From Acidimicrobiia bacterium (GTDB lineage: Bacteria > Actinomycetota > Acidimicrobiia > IMCC26256 > JAENVU01): a stretch of DNA of 64,000 bases. The position numbers and the translations under genes are program-made. The stretch lies in NCBI GenBank assembly GCA_036502405.1, contig DASXYP010000022.1:572-64571 (forward strand), given 5' to 3'. How positions within the stretch are numbered: the first letter of the stretch is position 1; each line of letters starts with the position of its first letter. The notes beneath the pieces are model-generated. The model ran no database searches and was not told the DNA's origin. It saw only the letters and a list, made by a program, of their open reading frames with translations. Shown here one piece after another: positions 43,960 through 53,746 of the stretch.

Positions 43960-44562
43960 ATGCTCCGAGCGCTCGCCGAGACCGTGCTCCCCGGCTCGTG
44001 CCCGGGGTGCGGCGCGCCGGCCGAACCGGTGTGCGCACCGTGTCGCGCGACGCTCCGATCCGCGCCGAGGTTGGCGACGCCACCCGGCCTCGACCGGCTC
44101 GTGGTCGCGTTCGCGTACGAAGGGGTCGCACGCGAGCTCGTCGCCCGCGTGAAGTACCGCAACGCGCGCGCGGCGGTCGCGTGGCTCGCCGACGCGATGG
44201 TCGAACGGCTCGGCCGCGAGCCGCCCGTCGACGTGGTCACCTGGGCCCCGACCACCCCGGCGCGGCGGCGGGCGCGCGGCTTCGACCACGCCGAGCTCCT
44301 GGCCCGGGCGGTGGGCCGGCGCCGGGGGATCCCGGTGCGCGGCTTGCTCACCCGCGAACCGGGCCCGGTGCAGACCGGGGCGCGCCGGGCCGAGCGTCGG
44401 TGCGGGCCGCAGCTCCGGGCCCGGCCGGCGGTCGGCGGCCGGTCGGTGCTGCTGGTCGACGACGTCGTCACGACCGGGGCCACGCTGACTGCGGCTGCCG
44501 GGGCCCTGCGCCGGAGCGGTGCGCCCGCGGTTCTCGGGCTCGTTGCCGCGCGCACGCCGTGA
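43960..44562 (+). CDS. ComF family phosphoribosyltransferase-like protein
   Basis: N-terminal CPGC...CAPC zinc finger and C-terminal VLLVDDVVTTGATL PRTase motif. TAGCGT lies 8 nt upstream of the ATG. Confidence 0.75.
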   Translation: MLRALAETVLPGSCPGCGAPAEPVCAPCRATLRSAPRLATPPGLDRLVVAFAYEGVARELVARVKYRNARAAVAWLADAMVERLGREPPVDVVTWAPTTPARRRARGFDHAELLARAVGRRRGIPVRGLLTREPGPVQTGARRAERRCGPQLRARPAVGGRSVLLVDDVVTTGATLTAAAGALRRSGAPAVLGLVAARTP

Positions 44563-44617
44563 CCACGGAGAGTGAGATTCCGCTCAAGGGCGCCACGCGG
44601 CGGGACGACGAGGGAAC

Positions 44618-44815
44618 GTGACCAGCACGCCGCTCGCCGAGCTCGACCTGACCGATGTCCGGTCGGCGATGGCCGAGCTCCGCGTGCAGCGTGTCCGCGC
44701 GCAAGTGCGCGACGGGACGTACCGCGCGCCGGTGCAGAAGGTCGCGGAGGCGATCATCGCGTCGTCGCTGCTGGGGTTGCCCCCGGACCCGCGCTTCCTG
44801 GCGTGGGTCGGTTGA
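44618..44815 (+). CDS. small FlgM-like (anti-sigma-28 family-like) protein
   Basis: 65-aa ORF with GAGGG 5 nt upstream of the GTG. The segment RVRAQVRDGTYRAPVQKVAEAII resembles the FlgM C-terminal pattern. Confidence 0.4.
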   Translation: MTSTPLAELDLTDVRSAMAELRVQRVRAQVRDGTYRAPVQKVAEAIIASSLLGLPPDPRFLAWVG

Positions 44816-44855
44816 CGGAGGCATACTCGCCGCGGCGGCGCAGACGGGGGTGTCG

Positions 44856-45443
44856 ATGGAGATCGTCGTGCGGGCCAAGAACACGAAGGTCGAGCCGACC
44901 GTCCAGGACCTGACGCGCGACAAGCTGACCAAGCTGGGCCGATTCGGGCTGGACATCTTCCGGGTCGAGGTCGACTACTCGGAGATCCGCAACCCCCGCG
45001 TCCACGACTGCGAGCTCTGCGAGGTCACCGTCCACCTGAAGAAGCACTTCGTGAAGGCCCACGCGGCGTCGGTCGATCAGGTCGCCGCGCTCGACCTCGT
45101 CATCGACAAGCTCGAGCACCAGGTGACCCGGCTCAAGCAGCGCAAGGTCGACCGGACCCACAAGCCGCGCCGCCGGCGCCTGGGTGCGCCGCCACCGCTG
45201 GACGACTGGGAGGCCGTGGATGCGGCCGGATCGGTCGACGGTGCGGTCGACGGGGCGGGGGAGGCGGAGATCATCCGCACCAAGCAGTTCACGGCCAAGC
45301 CGATGACGGTCGAGGAGGCATCGCTGCAGATGGAGCTCCTCGGCCACGACTTCTACCTGTTCAAGGACGCCCAGACCGGACACGCGACCGTCCTCTACCG
45401 GCGGCGCGACGGTCATCTCGGCCTGATCGAGGCGGTCGGCTGA
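44856..45443 (+). CDS. hpf: ribosome hibernation promoting factor (long HPF)
   Basis: N-terminal S30AE domain (MEIVVRAKN..V......) and C-terminal dimerisation domain (KPM.VEEA..QMELLGH.FY.F). Confidence 0.9.
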   Translation: MEIVVRAKNTKVEPTVQDLTRDKLTKLGRFGLDIFRVEVDYSEIRNPRVHDCELCEVTVHLKKHFVKAHAASVDQVAALDLVIDKLEHQVTRLKQRKVDRTHKPRRRRLGAPPPLDDWEAVDAAGSVDGAVDGAGEAEIIRTKQFTAKPMTVEEASLQMELLGHDFYLFKDAQTGHATVLYRRRDGHLGLIEAVG

Positions 45444-45502
45444 GGCCCGTTCGTCGTTGCGGCGCACGCCGCGAGCCGGTCCGGATCGCGAAGGCCCGCC
45501 GG

Positions 45503-45508
45503 TAGACT
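45503..45508 (+). promoter_or_regulatory. -10-like hexamer TAGACT, 7 nt before the secA ATG at 45515 (leaderless)
   Basis: Spacing read directly from the sequence. No Shine-Dalgarno sequence is present. Confidence 0.45.
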
Positions 45509-45514
45509 GGCCTC

Positions 45515-48226
45515 ATGGGCCTCATGAAGAAGATCCTCAACGTCGGCGAGGGCCGCAAGGTCAAGCTGCTCGAGTCGATCGTTCCCGAGGTCGCGCGGCT
45601 CGAGCCCGAGATGGAAGCGCGCTCCGACGCGGAGCTGCGCGCGCTGACCGACGAGTACCGGCAGCGCTGCGCCGACGGCGAAGACCTCGACGAGCTGCTG
45701 CCCGAGGCGTTCGCGACGGTCCGCGAGGCCGCGAAGCGGGTGCTCGGCCAGCGGCACTTCGACGTGCAGATCATGGGTGGCGCCGGCCTGCACTTCGGCT
45801 GGGTCGCGGAGATGAAGACCGGTGAGGGCAAGACGCTCGTCTCCACGCTGCCCGCGTACCTGAACGCGCTGGCCGGCAAGGGTGTGCACCTCGTCACGAC
45901 CAACGACTACCTCGCCCGGCGGGACGCGGCCTGGATGGGTCAGGTGCACGAGTTCCTCGGCCTCGAGGTGGGTGTCGTGCTCCCCGAGATCGACGACCCG
46001 GAGCTCAAGCGAGCCGCCTACGCCGCGGACATCACCTACGGCACCAACAACGAATTCGGCTTCGACTACCTGCGCGACAACATGGCCGGCTCGGCCGAGG
46101 AGCAGGCGCAGCGCGGCCACTTCTTCGCGATCGTCGACGAGGTGGACTCGATCCTCATCGACGAGGCCCGGACGCCACTGATCATCTCGGGTCGCGCCGA
46201 CGACGCGCAGCAGCTCTACTTCCAGTTCGCCCGGATCGTGAAGGGCCTCCAGCGCGACCGCGACTACGAGGTGGACGAGGCCAAGCGCACCGTCGTGCCG
46301 ACCGAGGAGGGCATCCACCGGGTCGAGCAGGCCCTGAACGTCACCAACCTCTACGAGCACGTCAACCAGAACTTCGTGCACCAGCTGCAGGCCGCGCTCC
46401 GCGCCAAGGAGCTGTTCAAGCGCGACGTCGACTTCGTCGTGCAGGACGGCGAGGTCAAGATCGTCGACGAGTTCACCGGCCGCATCCTGGAGGGCCGGCG
46501 CTGGAGCGAGGGGCTGCACCAGGCGGTCGAGGCGAAGGAGGGGGTGCGGATCAAGGAGGAGAACCAGACCCTCGCGACCGTCACCCTGCAGAACTACTTC
46601 AAGCTCTACGAGAAGCTCTCGGGCATGACCGGCACCGCGTCGAGCGAGGCCGGTGAGTTCGCGCACACGTATGGGCTCGAGGTCGTGAGCGTGCCGACCA
46701 ACCGCCCGATGATCCGGGCGGACAACCCGGACCTGATCTACAAGTCCGAGGACGCGAAGTTCAACGCGGCCGCGGATGACATCCAGGAGCGCTACCAGAA
46801 CGGCCAGCCTGTCCTCGTCGGCACGATCTCGGTCGAGAAGTCCGAGAAGCTCTCCCGCCTGCTCGAGAAGCGCGGGATCCCGCACTCGGTCCTCAACGCC
46901 AAGGCGCACGAGCGTGAGGCGCTGATCGTGACCCAGGCCGGCCGGATCGGCGCGGTGACCGTCGCCACGAACATGGCCGGTCGCGGCGTGGACATCCTGC
47001 TCGGTGGCAACCCCGAGGGGCTCGCGCTCGACGAGCTGGCCTCCGAGGGCACGACCGTCGAGGAGTCGCCCGAGAAGCTCGACAAGCTGCTCGCGGAGTT
47101 CAAGCTGCAGTGCAGCGAGGAGGGCGCGAAGGTCCGCGAGAACGGCGGGCTCTACGTGCTGGGCACGGAGCGCCATGAGAGCCGGCGCATCGACGACCAG
47201 CTCCGCGGCCGTTCGGGCCGTCAGGGTGACCCGGGGGAGAGCCGGTTCTACCTCTCGCTCGAGGACGAGCTCATGCGGCTCTTCGCGACCGGCGCGATGA
47301 ACTGGGTGATGGGCAAGACCTTCCCGGACGACGTGCCGCTCGAAGCGAAGATGGTCACGCGTGCGATCGAGCGCGCGCAGCGCACCGTCGAGGACCGCAA
47401 CTTCGAGATCCGCAAGGACGTCCTCAAGTACGACGAGGTGATGAACGAGCAGCGCAAGGTCATCTACCGGCGCCGCCAGCAGATCATCGACGGCGGCGAC
47501 CTGGGGGAGGACTCGCTCGAGGCGATCGAGGGTGCGATCGACCACCTGGTCAAGGCTTCCTGCGGAGACGGCGACTTCTCCGAGGACTGGGACCTCGACG
47601 AGCTGATGGTGCAGGCCCAGGACATCTTCCCCACGCGCGTCACGCGCGAGCAGCTCACCGAGCTCGCGAGCTCCGAGGTCGTGTTCGAGCTCCTGCACGG
47701 CGATGCCGTCGAGCAGTACGAGGCGAAGGAAGCCGCGGTCGGCGAGGACACCCTGCGCGAGATCGAACGTCGAGTGATGCTCTCCGTGATCGACCAGAAG
47801 TGGCGCGAGCACCTCTACGAGATGGACTACCTGCGCGAGGGCATCAACCTCCGGGCGATGGGCCAGCGCGATCCGCTCGCCGAGTGGCAGCGCGAGGGCT
47901 TCGACATGTTCGAGGCGATGATGGAGGGCATCAAGGACGACTTCGTCCGGTACATCTTCCGGCTCGAGGTCGTGGCCGAGGACGACGCGCCGCGACCGGT
48001 GCGCAACTTGCGCTACTCGGCGGCCGAGGACCCGGTCCAGGGCTCCGGTGGCTTCGCGGCCGCGGCGCTCGCGGGGCCGGTCGAGGAGCTCGGCGCGGAG
48101 GGTCCCCCGCCCGTGGCCGAGGAGCCCGAGACCCAGGCTCCGGTCCGGGTCGAGAAGACGCCCGGGCGCAACGAGCCGTGCTACTGCGGGAGTGGCAAGA
48201 AGTACAAGCTCTGCCACGGCAAGTAA
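45515..48226 (+). CDS. secA: preprotein translocase ATPase SecA
   Basis: 903 aa with MKTGEGKTL, the [19 protein letters not shown] motif and a C-terminal zinc site [21 protein letters not shown] lies 7 nt before the ATG. Confidence 0.98.
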   Translation: MGLMKKILNVGEGRKVKLLESIVPEVARLEPEMEARSDAELRALTDEYRQRCADGEDLDELLPEAFATVREAAKRVLGQRHFDVQIMGGAGLHFGWVAEMKTGEGKTLVSTLPAYLNALAGKGVHLVTTNDYLARRDAAWMGQVHEFLGLEVGVVLPEIDDPELKRAAYAADITYGTNNEFGFDYLRDNMAGSAEEQAQRGHFFAIVDEVDSILIDEARTPLIISGRADDAQQLYFQFARIVKGLQRDRDYEVDEAKRTVVPTEEGIHRVEQALNVTNLYEHVNQNFVHQLQAALRAKELFKRDVDFVVQDGEVKIVDEFTGRILEGRRWSEGLHQAVEAKEGVRIKEENQTLATVTLQNYFKLYEKLSGMTGTASSEAGEFAHTYGLEVVSVPTNRPMIRADNPDLIYKSEDAKFNAAADDIQERYQNGQPVLVGTISVEKSEKLSRLLEKRGIPHSVLNAKAHEREALIVTQAGRIGAVTVATNMAGRGVDILLGGNPEGLALDELASEGTTVEESPEKLDKLLAEFKLQCSEEGAKVRENGGLYVLGTERHESRRIDDQLRGRSGRQGDPGESRFYLSLEDELMRLFATGAMNWVMGKTFPDDVPLEAKMVTRAIERAQRTVEDRNFEIRKDVLKYDEVMNEQRKVIYRRRQQIIDGGDLGEDSLEAIEGAIDHLVKASCGDGDFSEDWDLDELMVQAQDIFPTRVTREQLTELASSEVVFELLHGDAVEQYEAKEAAVGEDTLREIERRVMLSVIDQKWREHLYEMDYLREGINLRAMGQRDPLAEWQREGFDMFEAMMEGIKDDFVRYIFRLEVVAEDDAPRPVRNLRYSAAEDPVQGSGGFAAAALAGPVEELGAEGPPPVAEEPETQAPVRVEKTPGRNEPCYCGSGKKYKLCHGK

Positions 48227-49324
48227 GTGCGGGACTTCAGCGTCGACCTCTCCGAGCTGACCAAGCGCGTCCAGGACGCGCGGGCCTACCTGCACGTCGA
48301 CGAGGCGCGGGCGCGGCTCGCGGAGCTGGAGGCCGCGGCGAGCCGCCCCGACCTCTGGGACGACCCCGACGCGGCCCGCCGCGTCACCACCGAGCTGTCG
48401 GCCGTGCGCGACGACATCGAGCTGCTCGACGGACTCGAATCGCGGGTCGACGACGCGCAGACGCTCTACCAGCTCGGACGCGAGGAGGCGGACGACTCGG
48501 TCGAGCCCGAGATCGAGGCTGCGGTCGACTCGCTGCGCGCCGAGCTCGATCGGCTGGAGCTGCGCGCGCTGTTCACCGGTGAGTACGACGAGCGCGACGC
48601 CATCTGCCAGGTCAGCTCGGGCGCCGGCGGCACCGACGCGCAGGACTGGACCGCGATGCTCCTGCGGATGTTCACCCGGTGGGCCGAGCGCCGGGGCTTC
48701 ACCGTGGACCTCGACGAGGTCAACGAGGGTACGGAGGCCGGGCTGAGCTCGGCCACCTTCACCGTGCACGGCCGCTGGGCCTACGGGCTCCTGAGCGGCG
48801 AGAAGGGTGTGCACCGGCTCATCCGCATCTCGCCCTTCGACGCGAACGCGCGCCGCCAGACCGCGTTCGCCGCGTTCGATGCGGTGCCCGCGCTCGATGC
48901 CGCGGAGCTCCCCGACATCGACCCCAACGACCTTCGCATCGACACGTACCGCTCGTCGGGGGCGGGGGGCCAGCACGTGAACGTGACGGACTCCGCAGTG
49001 CGCATCACGCACATCCCCACCGGCGTCGTGGTCTCGTGCCAGAACCAGCGATCCCAGCTGCAGAACCGCCAGAAGGCGATGGAGATCCTCGCCGCCCGGC
49101 TCGCGCAGCTGCACCGCGAGGAGCAGCGCGCCGAGCTCGAGCGGCTCTCGGGCGAGAAGCGCGACGTCGCCTTCGGCAGCCAGATCCGCACCTACACCCT
49201 GCAGCCCTACCAGCTGGTGAAGGACGAGCGGACCCGCTACGAGACCGGCAACGTGCAGGCCGTCCTCGACGGCGACCTCGACGGGTTCATCGAGGCCTAC
49301 CTCCAGTGGCGGCGCTCCGGTTAG
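48227..49324 (+). CDS. prfB: peptide chain release factor 2
   Basis: SPF and GGQHVN motifs. The ORF is contiguous, so no +1 frameshift site is needed. It starts directly after the secA stop. Confidence 0.95.
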   Translation: MRDFSVDLSELTKRVQDARAYLHVDEARARLAELEAAASRPDLWDDPDAARRVTTELSAVRDDIELLDGLESRVDDAQTLYQLGREEADDSVEPEIEAAVDSLRAELDRLELRALFTGEYDERDAICQVSSGAGGTDAQDWTAMLLRMFTRWAERRGFTVDLDEVNEGTEAGLSSATFTVHGRWAYGLLSGEKGVHRLIRISPFDANARRQTAFAAFDAVPALDAAELPDIDPNDLRIDTYRSSGAGGQHVNVTDSAVRITHIPTGVVVSCQNQRSQLQNRQKAMEILAARLAQLHREEQRAELERLSGEKRDVAFGSQIRTYTLQPYQLVKDERTRYETGNVQAVLDGDLDGFIEAYLQWRRSG

Positions 49325-49456
49325 CCGAAGATCCCCGCCGCTCGATCGCAGCGCCTCGGCGTGCGGGCGAGCGGCGGCGGGCGGCTCGCCGAAGATCCCC
49401 GCCGCTCGATTGCAGCACCTCGGCTTGCCGGTGAGCGGCGGCGGCTCGCCGAAGAT
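49324..49456. repeat. tandem GATC-headed hairpin repeats (64- and 60-bp units plus a 9-bp partial third)
   Basis: Units start GCCGAAGATCCCCGCCGCTCG at 49324 and 49388. Stems are CCGCCGCTCG 49335-49344 / CGAGCGGCGG 49368-49377 and CCGCCGCTC 49399-49407 / GAGCGGCGG 49433-49441. Confidence 0.85.
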
Positions 49457-49470
49457 GTGAGCGGAGCGTG

Positions 49471-49490
49471 CGTGTGCCGGAGGGCACACG
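49471..49490 (+). terminator. perfect 8-bp hairpin/palindrome CGTGTGCC-ggag-GGCACACG between prfB and ftsE
   Basis: Read directly from the sequence. It could be a terminator or an operator. Confidence 0.4.
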
Positions 49491-49583
49491 TGCTCGTCAC
49501 TGCTGGTCGCGCCGTCGCGGACGCTGTTCGTGGCGTTGGTGCCCGGTCCGACGGTGGGGTGGCGGGTACCCTGGATCGGTCTC

Positions 49584-50270
49584 ATGATCCGCTTCGAGAA
49601 GGTCACCAAGGTCTACAAGGGCGAGGTCGTCGCGCTCCGCGACGCCTCCATCGACGTGCAGAAGGGCGAGTTCGTGTTCCTCGTCGGGCCTTCGGGCTCG
49701 GGGAAGTCCACGTTCCTGCGCCTCCTGCTGCGCGAGGAGATGCCGAGCGCGGGGCGCATCGTCGTCGCGGGCCGCGACATCACCAAGCTCAGCAACTGGA
49801 AGGTCCCGCAGCTGCGTCGCAACATCGGCTGCATCTTCCAGGACTACAAGCTGCTGCCGAACAAGACGATCTACGAGAACGTGGCCTTCGCCTCCGAGGT
49901 GATCGGTCGGCCCCGCCACGTCACCCGGGCGCAGGTCCCCCAGATCCTCGACCTCGTCGGCCTCAGCAAGAAGTCCGAGAACTTCCCCGACGAGCTCTCG
50001 GGCGGTGAGCAGCAGCGGGTCTCGATCGCGCGGGCGTTCGTGAACCGCCCGCTCATCCTCCTCGCCGACGAGCCGACCGGGAACCTCGACCCGGCCACCA
50101 CGACCGGGATCATGCGGCTGCTCGACCGGATCAACCGCACCGGGACCACGGTCGTGATGGCCACCCACGACTCACGCATCGTCGACATGATGCGCCGCCG
50201 CGTGATCGAGCTCGACCGCGGCTCGCTCGTGCGCGACCAGGCGCGCGGCGTCTACGGCGTCGGGAGCTGA
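49584..50270 (+). CDS. ftsE: cell division ATP-binding protein FtsE
   Basis: Contains [27 protein letters not shown] and [11 protein letters not shown]. Confidence 0.95.
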   Translation: MIRFEKVTKVYKGEVVALRDASIDVQKGEFVFLVGPSGSGKSTFLRLLLREEMPSAGRIVVAGRDITKLSNWKVPQLRRNIGCIFQDYKLLPNKTIYENVAFASEVIGRPRHVTRAQVPQILDLVGLSKKSENFPDELSGGEQQRVSIARAFVNRPLILLADEPTGNLDPATTTGIMRLLDRINRTGTTVVMATHDSRIVDMMRRRVIELDRGSLVRDQARGVYGVGS

Positions 50271-50279
50271 CCTCTCACT

Positions 50280-51164
50280 GTGCTGACACGACTCGGGTAC
50301 TTCTCGCGCGAGACCTTGGTCTCGCTGCGCCGGAACCTGCTCATGACGCTGGCCGGGATCATCACGGTCGCGGTCTCGCTCTGCGTCCTCGGCGGCGCGC
50401 TGCTGCTCTCCCGGCTGGTGGACCACGGCACTCAGCAGTGGAAGAACGGCGTCGAGCTCGAGATCTTCATGAACATCCACGCGACCGACGGGCAGATCAA
50501 CGCGCTGGACCGGTCACTGCACAACGACCGGGACGTCCGCTCGGTGAAGTACCTCACCAAAGAGGACGCGTACAACGAGTTCAAGAAGCTGTTCCGGGAC
50601 CAGCCGGACCTGGTGCAGACCACGGACGCAGCCGCACTGCCGTCGTCGTTCCGGGTCGCCCCGTCCAAGGCCGAGCTCACGGAGACGGTCGCGGCGCGCT
50701 ATCAGACCCAACCCGGGGTGGACGAGGTGAAGACGGCCTCCAAGGAGGTCAAGAAGCTCCTGTCCGCGACCAGCTGGATCCGGACCGCGTTCATCGTGAT
50801 CTTCCTGCTGCTGCTCGCGGCCGCGCTGTTCCTGATCGTGAACACGATCCGGCTCGCGACCTTCGCCCGAAGACGCGAGATCGAGGTGATGAAGCTCGTC
50901 GGCGCGTCCAACATGTTCGTCCGCATCCCCTTCATGCTCGAGGGGCTGGTACAGGGCGTGATCGGCGCGGCGTTCGCCTTCGGCGCGGTCTACGGCCTCA
51001 AGGAGGTCGTCAGCAACGCGATCGCGCGGAACTCCGAGTTCTCACGCGGCTTCTACGTCACGAGCGGAGACGCGTACGTCATCGGGATCTACGTGCTGCT
51101 GCTCGGCGCGGCGATCGGCGTCATCGGCTCGATCGTCGGCCTGCGCCGGTTCCTCGAGGTCTGA
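50280..51164 (+). CDS. ftsX: cell division permease-like protein FtsX
   Basis: Four-TM ABC3-type permease with a periplasmic domain, directly downstream of ftsE. Confidence 0.9.
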   Translation: MLTRLGYFSRETLVSLRRNLLMTLAGIITVAVSLCVLGGALLLSRLVDHGTQQWKNGVELEIFMNIHATDGQINALDRSLHNDRDVRSVKYLTKEDAYNEFKKLFRDQPDLVQTTDAAALPSSFRVAPSKAELTETVAARYQTQPGVDEVKTASKEVKKLLSATSWIRTAFIVIFLLLLAAALFLIVNTIRLATFARRREIEVMKLVGASNMFVRIPFMLEGLVQGVIGAAFAFGAVYGLKEVVSNAIARNSEFSRGFYVTSGDAYVIGIYVLLLGAAIGVIGSIVGLRRFLEV

Positions 51165-51191
51165 CGACCCCGAGGAACCCCGCGCGGTGAC

Positions 51192-51830
51192 CTACTTGCC
51201 GGGCTGCTTGACCCAGCGGAGGTACGGCTTCTCGGCCTTCCAGCCCTCGGGGAACTTGTCCTTGGCGGCCTCGTCGTTGACCGAGCCGGCGATGATCACG
51301 TCGTCGCCCTGCTTCCAGTTCGCCGGTGTGGCCACGCTGTAGCCCGCGGTGAGCTGGAGCGAGTCGAGGACGCGGAGGATCTCGTCGATGTTGCGACCCG
51401 TGGTCTGCGGGTAGGTGAGGATCAGCTTGACCTTCTTGTCCGGGCCGATGACGAAGACCGAGCGGACCGTGACCTTCTCGTTCATGCCCGGGTGGATCAT
51501 GTCGTAGAGCTCGGCCACCTTGCGCTCCGGGTCCGCGATCAGCGGGTAGTTGAGCTCGGTGCCCTTCACGTCGGCGATGTCCGGCGCCCATTTCTTGTGC
51601 GAGTCGAGCGGGTCGACGCTCAAGCCGATCAGCTTCACGCCGCGCTGGTCGAACTCACCCTTGCGCTTCGCGAACTCACCGAGCTCGGTGGTGCAGACCG
51701 GGGTGAAGTCCGCCGGATGCGAGAACAGGACGCCCCAGCTGTCGCCGAGGTAGTCGTACAGGTCGACCGTCCCCTCGGTGGTCTCGGCGGTGAAGTTCGG
51801 TGCGTCGTCACCCAGTCGAAGCGTTGCCAT
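51192..51830 (-). CDS. 1-Cys peroxiredoxin (Prx6-like)
   Basis: Contains LFSHPADFTPVCTTE. 212 aa. GAGAGAGG Shine-Dalgarno sequence upstream of the ATG at 51830. Confidence 0.9.
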   Translation of the reverse strand: MATLRLGDDAPNFTAETTEGTVDLYDYLGDSWGVLFSHPADFTPVCTTELGEFAKRKGEFDQRGVKLIGLSVDPLDSHKKWAPDIADVKGTELNYPLIADPERKVAELYDMIHPGMNEKVTVRSVFVIGPDKKVKLILTYPQTTGRNIDEILRVLDSLQLTAGYSVATPANWKQGDDVIIAGSVNDEAAKDKFPEGWKAEKPYLRWVKQPGK

Positions 51831-52005
51831 GTCGTACCTCTCTCGTCGTCTCGGGATGGTGCGCGGTGTTCGGGGGCGCGTGGTCGTCGACCGTACGCTG
51901 CCTTGCGCGGCAATGTACCCGGGGTCCCTCGGAAAAGTCGAGTGAAATGGTCGGAATATGTGACGTGTCCCGGTCGTTCGGCGCGCGCCGCTCGTGAGCG
52001 GAGCA

Positions 52006-53277
52006 ATGCGCCGTCGGCTCCGCTCGGTCGCGATGGATCTGACGCCCCTGCGCCACCGTGACTTCCGGTTGCTCTGGACCGGCGAGCTCCTCTCGGAGAC
52101 GGGCTCGAACATCACGCTCGTCGCGGTCTACATCCAGGTCTACCGGCTGACCGGGTCCGCGCTCGCGGTCGGGGCGATCGGGCTCGTGCAGCTGATCCCG
52201 CTGATGGTCGGCGCGCTCTTCGGCGGCCCGCTGATCGACCGCCACGACCGCCGCCGGCTCCTGCTGATCGGACAGATCGTGCAGGCGGGCGGCTCCGCGG
52301 TGCTCCTCGGCGCGGCGCTCATGGACCCGACGCCGGTGGTGCTCGTGTACGTCGGCGCCGCCCTGATCGCCGGACTGAGCGGGTTCTCGCTCGCCACCCG
52401 CTCCGCGATGACCCCCGCCCTGGTCCCGACGGACCGCCTCCCGTCGGCGCTCGCGCTGAACCAGGCGATGTGGACCACCGCCCAGATCGTCGGCCCGGCC
52501 ATCGGCGGGATCATCGTCGCCGGCCTCGGCCTGGGCTGGGCGTACGCGATCGACGTGGTCAGCTTCGCGGCCACGATCACCGCGGTGGTCCTCATGCGCC
52601 CGCATCCGCCCCTCGAAACGCCCGAGGGCGCCGACGGGGACCTCGGGGGCTGGCAGCGGCTGGCCGACGGCTTCCGCTTCCTCAGGGGCCGCAGGGTGCT
52701 CCAGTCGACCTTCATCGTGGATCTCATCGCGATGATCTTCGGGATGCCCCGGTCGCTGTTCCCGATCCTGGCCGCGACCCAGTTCCACGCCGGAGCCGAG
52801 ACGGTCGGGCTGCTCTTCTCCGCGGTCTCCGCCGGCGGTCTCCTCGGTGCGCTGACCAGCGGCTGGGTCCACCGCGTCACGCGGCAGGGTCTGGCGATCA
52901 TCGTCGCGATCACGATCTGGGGTGTCTCGATCGCGGCATTCGGGCTCTCGGGTGACGTGTTGGTCCTCGCGCTCGCGTGCCTCGCGGTCGCGGGTGGAGC
53001 GGACGTCGTGTCGGCGGTGTTCCGCTCGACGATCCTCCAGGACACGGTGCCCGACGACCTGCGCGGCCGGCTGAGTGGCATCCACATCACCGTGGTTGCC
53101 GGTGGTCCCCGGATCGGCGATGCGGAGGCCGGGCTCGTCGCCGCGGTGTTCACGCCGACGATCTCCGTGGTCTCGGGCGGCGTGATGTGCGTCGCCGGCG
53201 TCGGGTTGCTCGCGCTGCTGGTGCCCGAGTTCGCGCGGTACCGCCGCGGCGACGCGGCGCTCCAGTCCACAAGTTGA
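52006..53277 (+). CDS. MFS transporter (EntS/MFS_3-like)
   Basis: About 12 hydrophobic helices. N-terminal L..R.FRLLW.G...S..G motif. Confidence 0.8.
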   Translation: MRRRLRSVAMDLTPLRHRDFRLLWTGELLSETGSNITLVAVYIQVYRLTGSALAVGAIGLVQLIPLMVGALFGGPLIDRHDRRRLLLIGQIVQAGGSAVLLGAALMDPTPVVLVYVGAALIAGLSGFSLATRSAMTPALVPTDRLPSALALNQAMWTTAQIVGPAIGGIIVAGLGLGWAYAIDVVSFAATITAVVLMRPHPPLETPEGADGDLGGWQRLADGFRFLRGRRVLQSTFIVDLIAMIFGMPRSLFPILAATQFHAGAETVGLLFSAVSAGGLLGALTSGWVHRVTRQGLAIIVAITIWGVSIAAFGLSGDVLVLALACLAVAGGADVVSAVFRSTILQDTVPDDLRGRLSGIHITVVAGGPRIGDAEAGLVAAVFTPTISVVSGGVMCVAGVGLLALLVPEFARYRRGDAALQSTS

Positions 53278-53311
53278 CGGATCGCTCCGGATGCGCTCGG
53301 ATGAGCGCCGC

Positions 53312-53734
53312 ATGGCGGGGTACTCGGGGACACCATTGCCGAAGAAGCTCGGCATCCAGGACGGCAGCCGGCTCGCGTTGCTCGCGTCCCCCAAGGGGTT
53401 CACGCGCAAGCTCGCGCCGCTGCCGCCCGGAGTCGAGATCCGCACGCAGGCGCGCGGCAAGCTCGACGTGATCCTCTTCTTCGCGACGCGGCGTCGCGAG
53501 CTCGAGCGTCGCTTCCCGGTGATGGCGCGCGCGCTGCAGCCGAGTGGTGGTCTGTGGGTCGCGTGGCCGAAGAAGAAGTCCGGCGTCGCGACGGACCTCA
53601 CGTTCGAGCCGGTGCAGGAGATCGGCCTCGACTGCGGGTTGGTCGACAACAAGGTGTGCGCGATCGACGACACCTGGTCGGGGCTGCGGTTCGTCGTCCG
53701 CGTCTCGGATCGCCCGTCGACGAACGGCCACTGA
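53312..53734 (+). CDS. DUF3052-like protein
   Basis: MAGYSGTPL.KKLGI and LWVAWPKK.SGV.TDL.....GLVDNKVCA.D..WSGLRF match my memory of DUF3052. Confidence 0.6.
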   Translation: MAGYSGTPLPKKLGIQDGSRLALLASPKGFTRKLAPLPPGVEIRTQARGKLDVILFFATRRRELERRFPVMARALQPSGGLWVAWPKKKSGVATDLTFEPVQEIGLDCGLVDNKVCAIDDTWSGLRFVVRVSDRPSTNGH

Positions 53735-53746
53735 GCCGCGACGAAC

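Noticed and set aside
48227-49324. A programmed +1 frameshift in prfB.
   Set aside because: The ORF is continuous from the GTG at 48227, with a normal RF2 N-terminus and no in-frame TGA near codon 26. Absence of the frameshift is common in Actinobacteria.
49324-49456. Could the 50-64-bp periodic repeats (also at 13906, 24568, 55307 and 57891) be miniature CRISPR arrays?
   Set aside because: Only 2-3 units are present per locus. The inter-repeat sequence is itself duplicated rather than unique. The units differ between loci, and no cas genes are present in the window.
45413-49609. A 1398-aa ORF antisense to secA and prfB. There are similar very long antisense or out-of-frame ORFs at 198-2759, 7888-10347, 28585-30786, 35949-38663, 38638-40386, 41701-44289 and 59482-61743.
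   Set aside because: Their translations are Arg/Pro/Gly/Ala/Asp-rich low-complexity strings with no recognisable motifs. They exactly shadow strongly supported genes on the other strand. Long spurious ORFs are expected at this GC content because stop codons are AT-rich.
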